Part shown: piece by piece, positions 1 through 8,303 of the stretch
Position numbering within the stretch: position 1 is the stretch's first letter
Layout: each line of letters begins with the position of its first letter
Assembly (NCBI GenBank): GCA_003598015.1
Contig: QZKE01000033.1
Coordinates: forward strand, 124,616 to 188,615
Reading direction: 5' to 3'
Origin: Actinomycetota bacterium
GTDB lineage: Bacteria; Actinomycetota; Geothermincolia; Geothermincolales; RBG-13-55-18
DNA length: 64,000 bases
The notes under the pieces: model-generated
Told to the model about the DNA's origin: nothing
What the model saw: the letters and a program-made list of their open reading frames with translations, nothing else
The model's database searches: none
Position numbers and translations under genes: made by a program

Positions 1-110
1 TGTCCGAACTTGGTATCGCGCGGGAGTTAACCGGTAGAAAGCGCAACAGAATATTCGTTTACGATCGTTACCTGTCTATCCTAAGCGAGGGAACAGAGCC
101 TTTGTAATAG

Positions 111-186
111 GTTCTTCTGCGAAAAATGTGGGTGCCTGACAAACTCGACTCTACCATACATACACCCAGCTTTTCGCAGAAGAACC
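111..186. repeat. 16-bp perfect inverted repeat GGTTCTTCTGCGAAAA (111-126) / TTTTCGCAGAAGAACC (171-186) with 44-nt spacer; possible structured element/terminator downstream of the minus-strand TA operon
   Basis: Read directly from sequence; arms are exact reverse complements. Confidence 0.5.
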
Positions 187-267
187 CTGCAATATTAGTT
201 ATGGTATCCGATGAGAATAGGGTAATAGTGAGAAAGTTGCGTTACATGGTACATGTGCCTTGAAAAT

Positions 268-295
268 CATTAGCCTTCGCGGGTTCGAACCCCCC
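268..295 (+). other. tRNA 3'-end-like fragment (T-arm GCGGG-TTCGAAC-CCCCC then CCGCCAC-C) without a matching 5' acceptor half; possible integration-site remnant
   Basis: GGTTCGAAC T-loop consensus with flanking G/C stem; no complementary 5' acceptor strand within 100 nt upstream; sits at a GC-content drop. Confidence 0.25.
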
Positions 296-359
296 CCGCC
301 ACCTATTGTTCCTCGAAATGGTTAAGCGGTTCAACCCGGAATGAGTTTTCGGAGACGAT

Positions 360-782
360 CTATAGTCGTTTAGGCAGCCGCGTCTTTGCCCAATCCATGA
401 ATCTTTGAGCATCCAAGACGATCTCCCGTGCTTCTCTCTCTGTCATGCGCTTTTCCTCGTATTCAACCCTGCTCTTCTTCGCGATTACGGTTCCAAGGCG
501 TTTGGCCGCTTTTTGTGCATCCTCTTCCTTGAACCGGGACTGCAGGACTCTGACTGCGTCTTTATGGTCTTGGCTCGCTGGTCTTATCCCCCTCAGGGCG
601 ATGAGCAGTGCATCGTTTGCTGAAATGGCGCAGTGTACGGCGTTGATGCCTGCGGCCTCCCAATGTCCTTCTTGCAGTGCTTCATTCATCGCGTGCGCAC
701 ATTGCTGAGCCCTGTCCCAGAAGATACCGGCCATGGATTTGTCGGTGCGCTTCGTCTGCGGTTCTTTCCCCATAATTACCAT
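360..782 (-). CDS. HEPN domain toxin-like protein (partner of upstream nucleotidyltransferase)
   Basis: 140 aa; helical; R-x5-H motif (RPASQDH); stop TAG at 360; 7-nt gap after upstream MNT gene. Confidence 0.75.
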   Translation of the reverse strand: MVIMGKEPQTKRTDKSMAGIFWDRAQQCAHAMNEALQEGHWEAAGINAVHCAISANDALLIALRGIRPASQDHKDAVRVLQSRFKEEDAQKAAKRLGTVIAKKSRVEYEEKRMTEREAREIVLDAQRFMDWAKTRLPKRL

Positions 783-789
783 TCCACTT

Positions 790-1380
790 TCAGGGACCTA
801 TCAGGATACCTGTCTCCGCGATCTCCCTCCACAGGCCACGCCTGGCATTCTTCTTGCGCTCATACTCTGAGCTCGTAACGGACACTGCTGATACCTGGTT
901 TCCGAAATGTTTTGCTACCCGCAAAGACGCTTCCGAGACATCGTCTTCCTTGACCGAGAGATCAACCTCGTCTGAGAATACGAGGACAAGGTCTAAATCG
1001 CTATTCGGGATTTCCTCGCCCCTTGCTACACTACCGAACAGGATTATCGCCAAGAGATCCTGTCCAATCTCGTCGGAAAAAATACTTGCCACTTCTCCGA
1101 GAAGATCCTCTTCAAGCTCGAATGCAGGGGATAAGACCCTAGTGAAAATGATGTTATCTTGATCCAGGGAATACATATTCGACCTGCCGGCTTGCTGCTT
1201 TACGACCAGGCCGTGGCGCTCGAGTTCTTCTAGCGCATAGCGGGTCGTATTGTGAGACTGCCCGATCAGCCTTGCCAGCTCTCTTCCCGTATGAGCGCTT
1301 CTCGTTCTGGAAAGAAGCCTCAGGAGTCTGACCTGAGTCCTGTTGCCCAAGATGTCGTCAAGTGGCTCGTGAAACCTCAT
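790..1380 (-). CDS. Nucleotidyltransferase (MNT) domain protein with N-terminal winged-HTH; antitoxin-like partner of HEPN gene
   Basis: 196 aa; N-terminal wHTH (RLLRLL...GRELARLIG); GS-x9-12-D-x-D motif (FGSVARGEEIPNSDLDLVLVF). Confidence 0.8.
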   Translation of the reverse strand: MRFHEPLDDILGNRTQVRLLRLLSRTRSAHTGRELARLIGQSHNTTRYALEELERHGLVVKQQAGRSNMYSLDQDNIIFTRVLSPAFELEEDLLGEVASIFSDEIGQDLLAIILFGSVARGEEIPNSDLDLVLVFSDEVDLSVKEDDVSEASLRVAKHFGNQVSAVSVTSSEYERKKNARRGLWREIAETGILIGP

Positions 1381-1395
1381 GCAATGATTCTAGCA

Positions 1396-1441
1396 TAATT
1401 ATGACCATATGGGCAATAACAAGACCATATGGTCATAATTA
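1396..1441. promoter_or_regulatory. Putative operator: 17-bp perfect inverted repeat TAATTATGACCATATGG / CCATATGGTCATAATTA (12-nt spacer) 16-60 nt upstream of the MNT start
   Basis: Exact reverse-complement arms, each containing the palindrome CCATATGG; AT-rich; directly 5' of the wHTH-MNT gene. Confidence 0.55.
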
Positions 1442-1546
1442 AGGACACAATATAAACCTGCAGAGATCCTGTAAGACATAGCTCTTCGTGTCGCCCTATT
1501 CCTTGCATATGCTTGATCCAGGCTACTCGGAGATGCCTGGTGTTGA

Positions 1547-1795
1547 TTATATCTCGAGTTCGTCAGCCTCGGATTTACCATGTTCCACTACATTCCTGGA
1601 ACGCGGGCCGGTTTCTCTCACCCCCCAGATAAGGATGAGAAAGGGCTTGCGCAGCCTCACCTTCTCGGAGAGGTCGGGCATCATCCCCGCTCCGACGATG
1701 CCACCCAGAATCATGGCGCTTGCTACGTACGAAGCGAACTTGGAGGAGAAGCCGTGATAACCACTCGCGGGTACGAATCCCGCCCCCTCCGCCAC
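1547..1795 (-). CDS. Hypothetical small protein with one hydrophobic Gly-rich segment (AMILGGIVGAGMM)
   Basis: 82-aa ORF, GTG start preceded by GGAGG 13 nt upstream; overlaps a plus-strand ORF of similar quality. Confidence 0.3.
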   Translation of the reverse strand: MAEGAGFVPASGYHGFSSKFASYVASAMILGGIVGAGMMPDLSEKVRLRKPFLILIWGVRETGPRSRNVVEHGKSEADELEI

Positions 1796-2041
1796 TATAA
1801 TCTATGCCTCCATATCCTGGTTTGCAGCCATCTATTAGGGGGGAAACTTCGAATGAGGGCTATCTTTCATTCAAGAACCAAGAATTTGCTTTAGATAAAC
1901 TTTTCCGCCAGTGGGATTATCCGCAAGCTCACTTGCGCTCTGGGAAGGCCCCCTCCCTGCATTGTGCTAAAGTACCGGGTCGATTGTGACGGAAATATAA
2001 ACAGCGATCGTGTGCATGGACAAGAGGACACGAGGAGGACC

Positions 2042-2338
2042 GTGAATAAGCCGCCACGCCCGAACGGAGTAGCGCCGAGGTTCCCCTACGAAGCGCCACA
2101 GCGGAGTACCGAAGGCTTGCGGAAGATAAACGTCCATGTGGGTTCACCCATCAAGAGGGCTATCGACGGCATGGTCTGGTGGAGTGAAGAGAGGGCGTTT
2201 GGTGGATGGAGAAGGCTGCGAAGAGCGGTCAACAGGCACAGGCGCCAGCAGCGCCGATTCCGGAGAGCGCAGAAACAGCTTAAGAAGCATGAATACCAGA
2301 TGTGGCTCGAACAACAGAAACGGGAATACGTAATCTGA
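2042..2338 (+). CDS. Hypothetical small highly basic protein (Arg/Gln/Lys-rich C-terminus)
   Basis: GTG at 2042 with GAGGAGG 4 nt upstream; 98 codons; lower-GC region next to TA module. Confidence 0.25.
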   Translation: MNKPPRPNGVAPRFPYEAPQRSTEGLRKINVHVGSPIKRAIDGMVWWSEERAFGGWRRLRRAVNRHRRQQRRFRRAQKQLKKHEYQMWLEQQKREYVI

Positions 2339-2440
2339 GAAAAAAGCTTTTGATGCGCATACGAGGGATAGCGGATCATATCATGTGGTCCTCTGGATAG
2401 GTCTTCAGGAACGAAGCAGCCACATCGACCGGTCGGATGA

Positions 2441-3049
2441 TCACGAGAAAGCGATGCCGTTGAACAGGGTCCCGATTACTGTTTTCTTGAGCCGCTCGAT
2501 ATTATCGGGCGAGAAACCGTCCTCGCCGGTGAGCATGGAGTAGACCTGTCCCGCGAAGAAATAAAAACTGGTCATCCCGAAGACGTTGAAGACCAGGAGG
2601 TGGATATCGTGCTTCTGGAGTCCGTTCTGCTCTGTGCCGCTCTCTTCTAGTGTCCCCGCGACCTCGTTGAAAACCGGAACCCAGAAGTTGGATATCAGCT
2701 CGTCCACCGTGTGTTCTCCCTCCAGCATCATCCCTTCGGCGAGGATGCGGGGAAGCCCGGGATGATCCGCCCAGAAGTCGATGAGGAGCAGTGCCAGCAT
2801 GCGAACCTGCTCCTTGAATTCGGATGCCTCCTTGATGCGATCCAGGACGGCGGTTTTTAGCTGGTTGAAGCGGTACACGATAAGGGAGTTGTAGATGTCG
2901 CCTTTGCTCTTGAAGTAATTGTAGAGGCCGGGGGTCTTGATGTTCACTCCCTCGGCTATCTCCCTCAAGGTCGAACCCTTGAAGCCCTTTTCGGAGAATA
3001 GCGCTTCGGCGACCAGCAGTATCTGCTCCCGCCTGTCCACTCCTGCCAT
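2441..3049 (-). CDS. TetR/AcrR family transcriptional regulator
   Basis: N-terminal HTH (ILLVAEALFSEKGFKGSTLREIAEGVNIKTPGLYNYFKSK), 202 aa. Confidence 0.85.
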   Translation of the reverse strand: MAGVDRREQILLVAEALFSEKGFKGSTLREIAEGVNIKTPGLYNYFKSKGDIYNSLIVYRFNQLKTAVLDRIKEASEFKEQVRMLALLLIDFWADHPGLPRILAEGMMLEGEHTVDELISNFWVPVFNEVAGTLEESGTEQNGLQKHDIHLLVFNVFGMTSFYFFAGQVYSMLTGEDGFSPDNIERLKKTVIGTLFNGIAFS

Positions 3050-3224
3050 TCTCTCAGCCGCCTTTCGCCGCCTTCCGGCTACAACAACCGTCGATCAGGT
3101 CAGTCCCTTCCTGGCCCAGCCAGGTGAACACCGGTCTTTCCACGCTATATTTAAGCAGGTAGGACAGGAGGATGTACAGCGCCGACGGTGCGACCCGGAG
3201 GCTTCTTTCCAGAGCGTCTTCGAG

Positions 3225-4031
3225 TCATCGGAACCTCATGTTGTAGGTGCGCAAGAACCATGCTATCCCGGTCAGCCCCACCGGGAACATATACTTGAGC
3301 AGGTTGATATCCATCCTGACCACCCTCATGGGCAGGGGGTTGTCGAAGTCAGCCACATACTCCCTCAGCGGGTCGAGGAGGGAGTGGTCGATTGCGAGTG
3401 TCCCGAGGGCCGTCCTGGATTCGTATATCACCTCCCCGAGCCTGAAACACCAGACCGGATTGAAGAAGAAGAGCTGCCCGGGCCCACCGACGTTGAACGC
3501 CTTCGCTCCCAGCACGAATTCGGGGCGTTCCTCGCTGCCGGTTATCTCCGCGTCGATAGACAACAGCATGGTACCCTTTCGCTCGACATCCGCGGTAACC
3601 CTGCCTCCCGTCTCGTGGTAGCGGATGACCGCCATCTTTTTCGGGCACGAGAGCAGTTCCCGGCCGAGTATGAGGGCGGTGTCGTCGTCCACGACCATCC
3701 AGGCCACATGCCCGCCCTCGCCGAACGGAGACCGCACGAAGAAAGAGAGGGACGCCTCGTTATAGGGCGGGCAATAGGCCGCCCTCTCGTAGCTGACTAC
3801 GAACAGCCTGGCCATCGCCGGGTCGGCCGGCCTGAGCCCCAAGGGAAGGATACCGGCTACCTTATCCCTTCTTACCGGGAGGTCGACCAGCACCATGCGC
3901 GCGTTCCTGACGATGCTTTCACCGGGCTTGAACATGGAGATGAGCGAGCGGCGGAGCGCCGCAAACGCCGGCTTCTCAGCGATCGGGAACGGGATATCCT
4001 TGCCGAAAGGCAGCTCTTTTTCCCTTTTCAT
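3225..4031 (-). CDS. Acetoacetate decarboxylase (ADC)-like family protein
   Basis: 268 aa; ADC-like signature PYNEA...G..G...WMVVDDDTALILGRE...PKKMAVI; 4-nt overlap with upstream paralog. Confidence 0.5.
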   Translation of the reverse strand: MKREKELPFGKDIPFPIAEKPAFAALRRSLISMFKPGESIVRNARMVLVDLPVRRDKVAGILPLGLRPADPAMARLFVVSYERAAYCPPYNEASLSFFVRSPFGEGGHVAWMVVDDDTALILGRELLSCPKKMAVIRYHETGGRVTADVERKGTMLLSIDAEITGSEERPEFVLGAKAFNVGGPGQLFFFNPVWCFRLGEVIYESRTALGTLAIDHSLLDPLREYVADFDNPLPMRVVRMDINLLKYMFPVGLTGIAWFLRTYNMRFR

Positions 4032-4870
4032 GCTGGTCCCTCCCGGCTCGGCCCGGGTTGGCGCGATACCAGCCCGGCAGCGGCGAGCGCCCTCCCGAGA
4101 AGTGGCATGGAGTAGCTCTCGGGCCCGTAGAGAACGGCCTGAACGCGCGGGAAGTAGAGCCCCGCGAGGGCGATGGGCGCGATTATCGCCTGCGAGATCT
4201 CGCGGCCGATGGCGCTTGCCGTGTTGATATGCAGCGAAACCGACCTGGGACCGATCCCTATGGCACCCTCTATCACATTCGCCTTTATCTCCGCGAACTG
4301 GGGCTTGCGATACTGGTAAAGGTCCGCCACCAGCAGCATCTCGCCCAGATTCCGCCCGGAGGCCTTCGCGCAGGAGATGGATAGTATGCGTTCCCCGTCA
4401 CGGCCGAGGGCGCACTCCAGGGTGTCGCCTGAATCCGTGAACTCGATATCGGCGATGAACTTGGGGAAGTTATAGTTATCGACTCCGGCCTTCAAAGCCA
4501 CCTCCGTGGTCACCGGAAGCCGCACGACGAAAGCCGAGAAGAAACGGTCCACCGCCTGCCTGAGAAGGTTATATCCCGGGAAACCCGCATACAGGGGCGA
4601 GTTGGTGAGGACCGCGACCGCGAATTCGTTATAGGGCCCGATATCCGTGTCCCGGTATTCGAAGGCTCCCAGCAGAAGGCCTCCGACACCCGGCATTATC
4701 TGGGCCGCCTTGAACCTGGGGTCGGGCAGCAACCGTCTCAACTTCATGATGTTCGCCGGGAGAAGGGCCCCGAGAGCGCGGGCTTCTCTATAGAAAAGGG
4801 GCAACTTCCCCTTGACTCCGGGGATGAACTCGACGTCGATCTGCTCTATGTCAGTAAAGAAGTCATTCAC
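4028..4870 (-). CDS. ADC-like family protein (paralog of 3225..4031)
   Basis: GTG start at 4870 with GGGAGGTG 8 nt upstream. The longer track ORF (to 5212) overlaps the acyl-CoA dehydrogenase gene. Motif VTTEVALKAGVDNYNFPKFIADIEF resembles the neighbouring paralog. Confidence 0.45.
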   Translation of the reverse strand: MNDFFTDIEQIDVEFIPGVKGKLPLFYREARALGALLPANIMKLRRLLPDPRFKAAQIMPGVGGLLLGAFEYRDTDIGPYNEFAVAVLTNSPLYAGFPGYNLLRQAVDRFFSAFVVRLPVTTEVALKAGVDNYNFPKFIADIEFTDSGDTLECALGRDGERILSISCAKASGRNLGEMLLVADLYQYRKPQFAEIKANVIEGAIGIGPRSVSLHINTASAIGREISQAIIAPIALAGLYFPRVQAVLYGPESYSMPLLGRALAAAGLVSRQPGPSREGPA

Positions 4871-4920
4871 CTCTCGACACCTCCCGTTGCATCTACCGGC
4901 CTCGCGGTATGCGAGGCGCG

Positions 4921-6174
4921 CTAGAAGTAGTCCTCCATTCTCCTGGGATATTCTTCCGCCAGCACTTTTCCGCCGTACGCCTGGAGCACCTCGTTGTTGC
5001 CGTCCCCAATCATCGCCGACCTGGCGTCCCGGAAGAGCTTCTCCACGAAACCTTCCTCGGTGAGCCCGTACCCGCCGAGGATCTGCATCGCCTCGCTCGC
5101 CACCTCGAACGCAAGCTGGGTGCAGAAGGTCTTGGACGCCAGCGAGTACTCCGGGAGCGGGGGGGAGATGTTCAGGTTGAGATCGATGACCGACCGCGAG
5201 AGCGCCCTGCACGCCTCCACCTTGGCGAACATCTGAAAAAGCCGCTGCCTCACCGATCTATGCTCGATGATGGGCGCGCCGCCCTGGACCCTCTCCCTGG
5301 CATACTGGAGCGCCTCCTCGAACGCCGCCCTGGCGATGCCTACGACACCGATCCCGAGGGCCGCGTTGGCGGAGGACAGGATCAGCTCCAGCATCTCCGG
5401 GTAGTAGTCGGGCTCGCAGAACATGTATCGCTTCGGTATGCGCACGTCGTCGAAGTAGATCTCGCCCTGGTTCAGGTCCCGGCACCCCATCTTGGCCAGC
5501 GGCTTTCCCCTGGAAACCCCGTCCCTGTCCAGCGGGCAGATGCAGATACCCCCTCCCGCCATGCCGAGGGAGGGGTCGACCTGGCAGAACAGCAGCGCGT
5601 GCGTGGCTATGGTGCCGCCGGATACCCAGGCGGACTTCTGCCCGTTTATGACCCATTCGTCTCCTTCGAGTCTGGCCTGGACGTTGTTGCGGATGTCGGG
5701 GTTCCGGAAGAAATCCTCGCAGCCGAAATAGTCACTCCCGTGGTCCGGCTCGGTTATCGCCCAGCATCCCCGGATGCTCCCGTCCCTGCACGAGCAGAAC
5801 GGTATCACGAACTCCTCTATCAGCTCGTCGTCCGCGGTGAGGCAGGCGGCGAAGAAGGGCACGCAAGAGGCGGCGATAAGCGTGCCGAGACCGGCTCCAC
5901 CCCATGCTATCTCCTCGAAGATAAGGTTGATCTGGTGGGGCGACAGACCGAGGCCGCCGTACTCCTCGGGAAGGAGTATCGTGTGGTAGCCGAGCTCGTA
6001 AGCGGTTTTCAGAAAATCCCAGAGAGGAGAATCCTCCGCGATCCCTTCCTCCGGGCTCATGGCGTCGAGCCGGCGCGAAGCGGGCCTTACTACCTCCTCG
6101 GCGAAGGTATGCGCCGCTCGTTTGATATCGAGGTCCTCGTCAGTGAGCTTCTCGTAGATATCGAAATAATCCAT
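4921..6174 (-). CDS. Acyl-CoA dehydrogenase family protein
   Basis: ACAD-family hallmarks across the length (WITEPDHGSD..., C-terminal GGYGLTEEGFVEKLFRDARSAMIGDGNNEV); ATG at 6174 with AAGGAG 8 nt upstream. Confidence 0.85.
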   Translation of the reverse strand: MDYFDIYEKLTDEDLDIKRAAHTFAEEVVRPASRRLDAMSPEEGIAEDSPLWDFLKTAYELGYHTILLPEEYGGLGLSPHQINLIFEEIAWGGAGLGTLIAASCVPFFAACLTADDELIEEFVIPFCSCRDGSIRGCWAITEPDHGSDYFGCEDFFRNPDIRNNVQARLEGDEWVINGQKSAWVSGGTIATHALLFCQVDPSLGMAGGGICICPLDRDGVSRGKPLAKMGCRDLNQGEIYFDDVRIPKRYMFCEPDYYPEMLELILSSANAALGIGVVGIARAAFEEALQYARERVQGGAPIIEHRSVRQRLFQMFAKVEACRALSRSVIDLNLNISPPLPEYSLASKTFCTQLAFEVASEAMQILGGYGLTEEGFVEKLFRDARSAMIGDGNNEVLQAYGGKVLAEEYPRRMEDYF

Positions 6175-6225
6175 CTCATATCTCCTTGGCTCCAGGTCGC
6201 CGCACCGCTTTTCGCGGGCGGTCAC

Positions 6226-6633
6226 TCACACTTCCGTGGGGAGGTCATACTTGCGGCAGTATTCCAGGTAGACTTTGTTCGCGGGTTTGAGAAGCGGGAG
6301 AAGCTTCATAACCTTGGGGACCGGCCCCCGGGTCTTCACCTGCCTCGTCGCCAGCGCCTTGGCGACGTTGAGTTTCTTGAGCCAGAACAGGTGTACGGTA
6401 TCCGCGGACATGGTGAGCGTGAGGACGGGGTCCATGGCGTTGGCCTCGGAGTCCCACCTGATCCCGTCCTCGTCGATATACATCGAGAATTCGGGATCGC
6501 TCACCCGAAAAAGCGCCGTCAGCCCCGTCTCCTTCAACTTGGCTCCAACATCGGGATGTTCCAGGAGTTCGCTCCAGAACTCTCCGAGAACCTGCCTCGC
6601 CTGCTCAGCATCCCTGTAGTAACCCATATCCAT
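6226..6633 (-). CDS. SCP2 (sterol-carrier-protein-2-like) lipid-binding domain protein
   Basis: C-terminal segment LFWLKKLNVAKALATRQVKTRGPVPKVMKLLPLL resembles the SCP2 signature; immediately upstream of the ACAD gene; start uncertain (TTG at 6699 in track). Confidence 0.5.
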   Translation of the reverse strand: MDMGYYRDAEQARQVLGEFWSELLEHPDVGAKLKETGLTALFRVSDPEFSMYIDEDGIRWDSEANAMDPVLTLTMSADTVHLFWLKKLNVAKALATRQVKTRGPVPKVMKLLPLLKPANKVYLEYCRKYDLPTEV

Positions 6634-6746
6634 CCCCCCAATCCACGAGAACATCGAACACGCAAACGGATTATTGTCTTGTTTCAACCCCCTTCCCAAG
6701 CCCGAATTCCACTATCGGTTGGCAACGCGCATGAAACGGAGCTTAC

Positions 6747-6787
6747 GTTATTAACTGTTATTAATTTATTAACGATTATTAACATTC
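6747..6787. promoter_or_regulatory. AT-rich island with four tandem copies of tTATTAAc between divergent SCP2/ACAD operon and hydrolase gene; putative regulator binding array
   Basis: gttattaac-tgttattaa-tttattaac-gattattaac read from sequence; striking in a roughly 65% GC background. Confidence 0.4.
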
Positions 6788-6926
6788 CTTGAGGATATGT
6801 CAAGAGCTTTTCCGGAATCCTCTGCCCACACTTCTTGGAGAACTTGATAGAATTACCATGTTCGGCTGGAAGATATGGGAAGATGTCCAAGTACGTCTGT
6901 GTCGGGAAACAGGAGGGCAGGTGGCG

Positions 6927-7523
6927 ATGGCGGACTACGTTCTCGTGCACGGTGGCCATAAGGACGGGAGCATATGGGACAAAGTAGTCCCACTGCTGGA
7001 AGAAAAAGGCCACAGGGTGTGCGCACCCTCCCTTCCCGACGCGGAGACCTCGATCCTTGAAGAGTTCATCTCCGCAGTTTGCCGGCTCCTCGAGGACGAA
7101 GGCCTGCATGACATCGTCCTCGCCGGCCACAGCTCCGGAGCTTTGACCATCACGGGCGTCGCGGACAGGATGCCCGAACGTGTCGGTCACCTCGTGTACG
7201 TGGACAGCTCGGTCCCCATTGTCGGCAAATCGCTCTACGGCATGTTCGAAGACCTGGGCATTTCCCCCGCGCAATACGACCTCCCGCAGGACCCCCCGTG
7301 GCTCGAGCCCCTGTATTTCGATGCAGAGAAGATCCGCAGGATACCTAAGACCTATGTTTTCTGCACGCAAGGCGAGTTCAAAGCGGTTGCCGAGCCTTTT
7401 TACGAGAAGGTCAAGCGGAACGCGGAACGGGACGGCTGGAATTACTATGCCCTGGACTCAGGCCACGAATGCATGGTATCCCATCCGGCCGAGCTCGCGC
7501 ATATCCTGCTCGCCCAAGGCTAG
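6927..7523 (+). CDS. Alpha/beta hydrolase fold protein (esterase-like)
   Basis: MADYVLVHGG...LAGHSSGA nucleophile elbow GHSSG; ATG at 6927 with AGGAGG about 10 nt upstream. Confidence 0.8.
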   Translation: MADYVLVHGGHKDGSIWDKVVPLLEEKGHRVCAPSLPDAETSILEEFISAVCRLLEDEGLHDIVLAGHSSGALTITGVADRMPERVGHLVYVDSSVPIVGKSLYGMFEDLGISPAQYDLPQDPPWLEPLYFDAEKIRRIPKTYVFCTQGEFKAVAEPFYEKVKRNAERDGWNYYALDSGHECMVSHPAELAHILLAQG

Positions 7524-7612
7524 ACGAAGCCCTTTCGGAGAGGTCGTAGTGTCAGAATACAAGCGCGAACAAGAGTAGAAGATGCGTTGCCCCAGTCGGC
7601 AAGACGGACCGG

Positions 7613-8281
7613 CTACCGGACCCTCCGCCCCTTCTTGTATCTGAAGTCACAACGTTCTGCCCCCTCGGCGAGCGTCGTCGTGCGCACCAGGCCCGTGCCC
7701 TGGTATTCGCTGATGATGAAGTCCTGCTCGCACATGTACGGGATCAGTTCGGCGGCGCCCTGTTTCTCGAAGAACTTGCATATGCCACACTCCGTGAAAT
7801 CCCATCCCCAGTCGAAGCTCCCCGGCTCGCCCGCGACGAAATCGAAGACCCAATCCCCGGGATAAAGCCTCTTGTGCGATTCCCGGGAGACGACTTCCTG
7901 CACCCCATACCATTCCGGGGTGAACTGCTGTTCTCCCTGGGCAATCTGGATCTCCTGCGGGACGGCGCGGCAGGCGATATCCGCGGCATCCAGGATCACC
8001 TGCCCAGCATCGCCGGTCGTCATGCCGAGATCCTTCAGCGCCCGATAGAAGGAGAGCGCGACGGCGCTCTCGATCAGATCCCTGGCCAGCGGGTACTGTA
8101 AGCTCCCGACGAAAGGTATATCGGGTACCAGGGCCGCGAAGTCCGCGCTGGCGCGGGAGAGCACCCGGTCGACGCTCTCCCCTCCCAACGCCTTTGCGGC
8201 CGCTGCGCGGTAGTAAGGCAGGAGCTCGGTGAAAACCGCGTCAAGCTCTTCCCGCTCGTACGATTCTTTCATCTCATCCAT
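7613..8281 (-). CDS. L-2-amino-thiazoline-4-carboxylic acid (ATC) hydrolase-like family protein
   Basis: 222 aa; C-terminal FDF...CGICKFF...ELIPYMCEQD resembles the ATC-hydrolase-like family; last gene of a 3-gene minus-strand operon. Confidence 0.45.
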   Translation of the reverse strand: MDEMKESYEREELDAVFTELLPYYRAAAAKALGGESVDRVLSRASADFAALVPDIPFVGSLQYPLARDLIESAVALSFYRALKDLGMTTGDAGQVILDAADIACRAVPQEIQIAQGEQQFTPEWYGVQEVVSRESHKRLYPGDWVFDFVAGEPGSFDWGWDFTECGICKFFEKQGAAELIPYMCEQDFIISEYQGTGLVRTTTLAEGAERCDFRYKKGRRVR

Positions 8282-8303
8282 GGCTGCTCCCGGACAACGA
8301 TCC

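Noticed and set aside
1-300. Possible tmRNA (ssrA) 3' portion because of the T-arm-like GGTTCGAAC...CCGCCACC ending
   Set aside because: No tag-peptide reading frame ending in the usual ...AA-stop could be found in any frame of 30-120, and the 5' acceptor complement is absent. Kept only as a tRNA-like fragment.
4028-5212. Track ORF 4028..5212 as a 394-aa protein
   Set aside because: Its first about 110 codons overlap the acyl-CoA dehydrogenase gene on the same strand and translate to Arg/Gly-rich nonsense. A GTG at 4870 with a strong GGGAGGTG RBS gives a protein of ADC-like size.
6747-6787. Tandem TTATTAAC units as a minisatellite/CRISPR-like array
   Set aside because: Only four 9-bp units with no spacers; more consistent with a protein-binding array or intrinsically curved promoter DNA.
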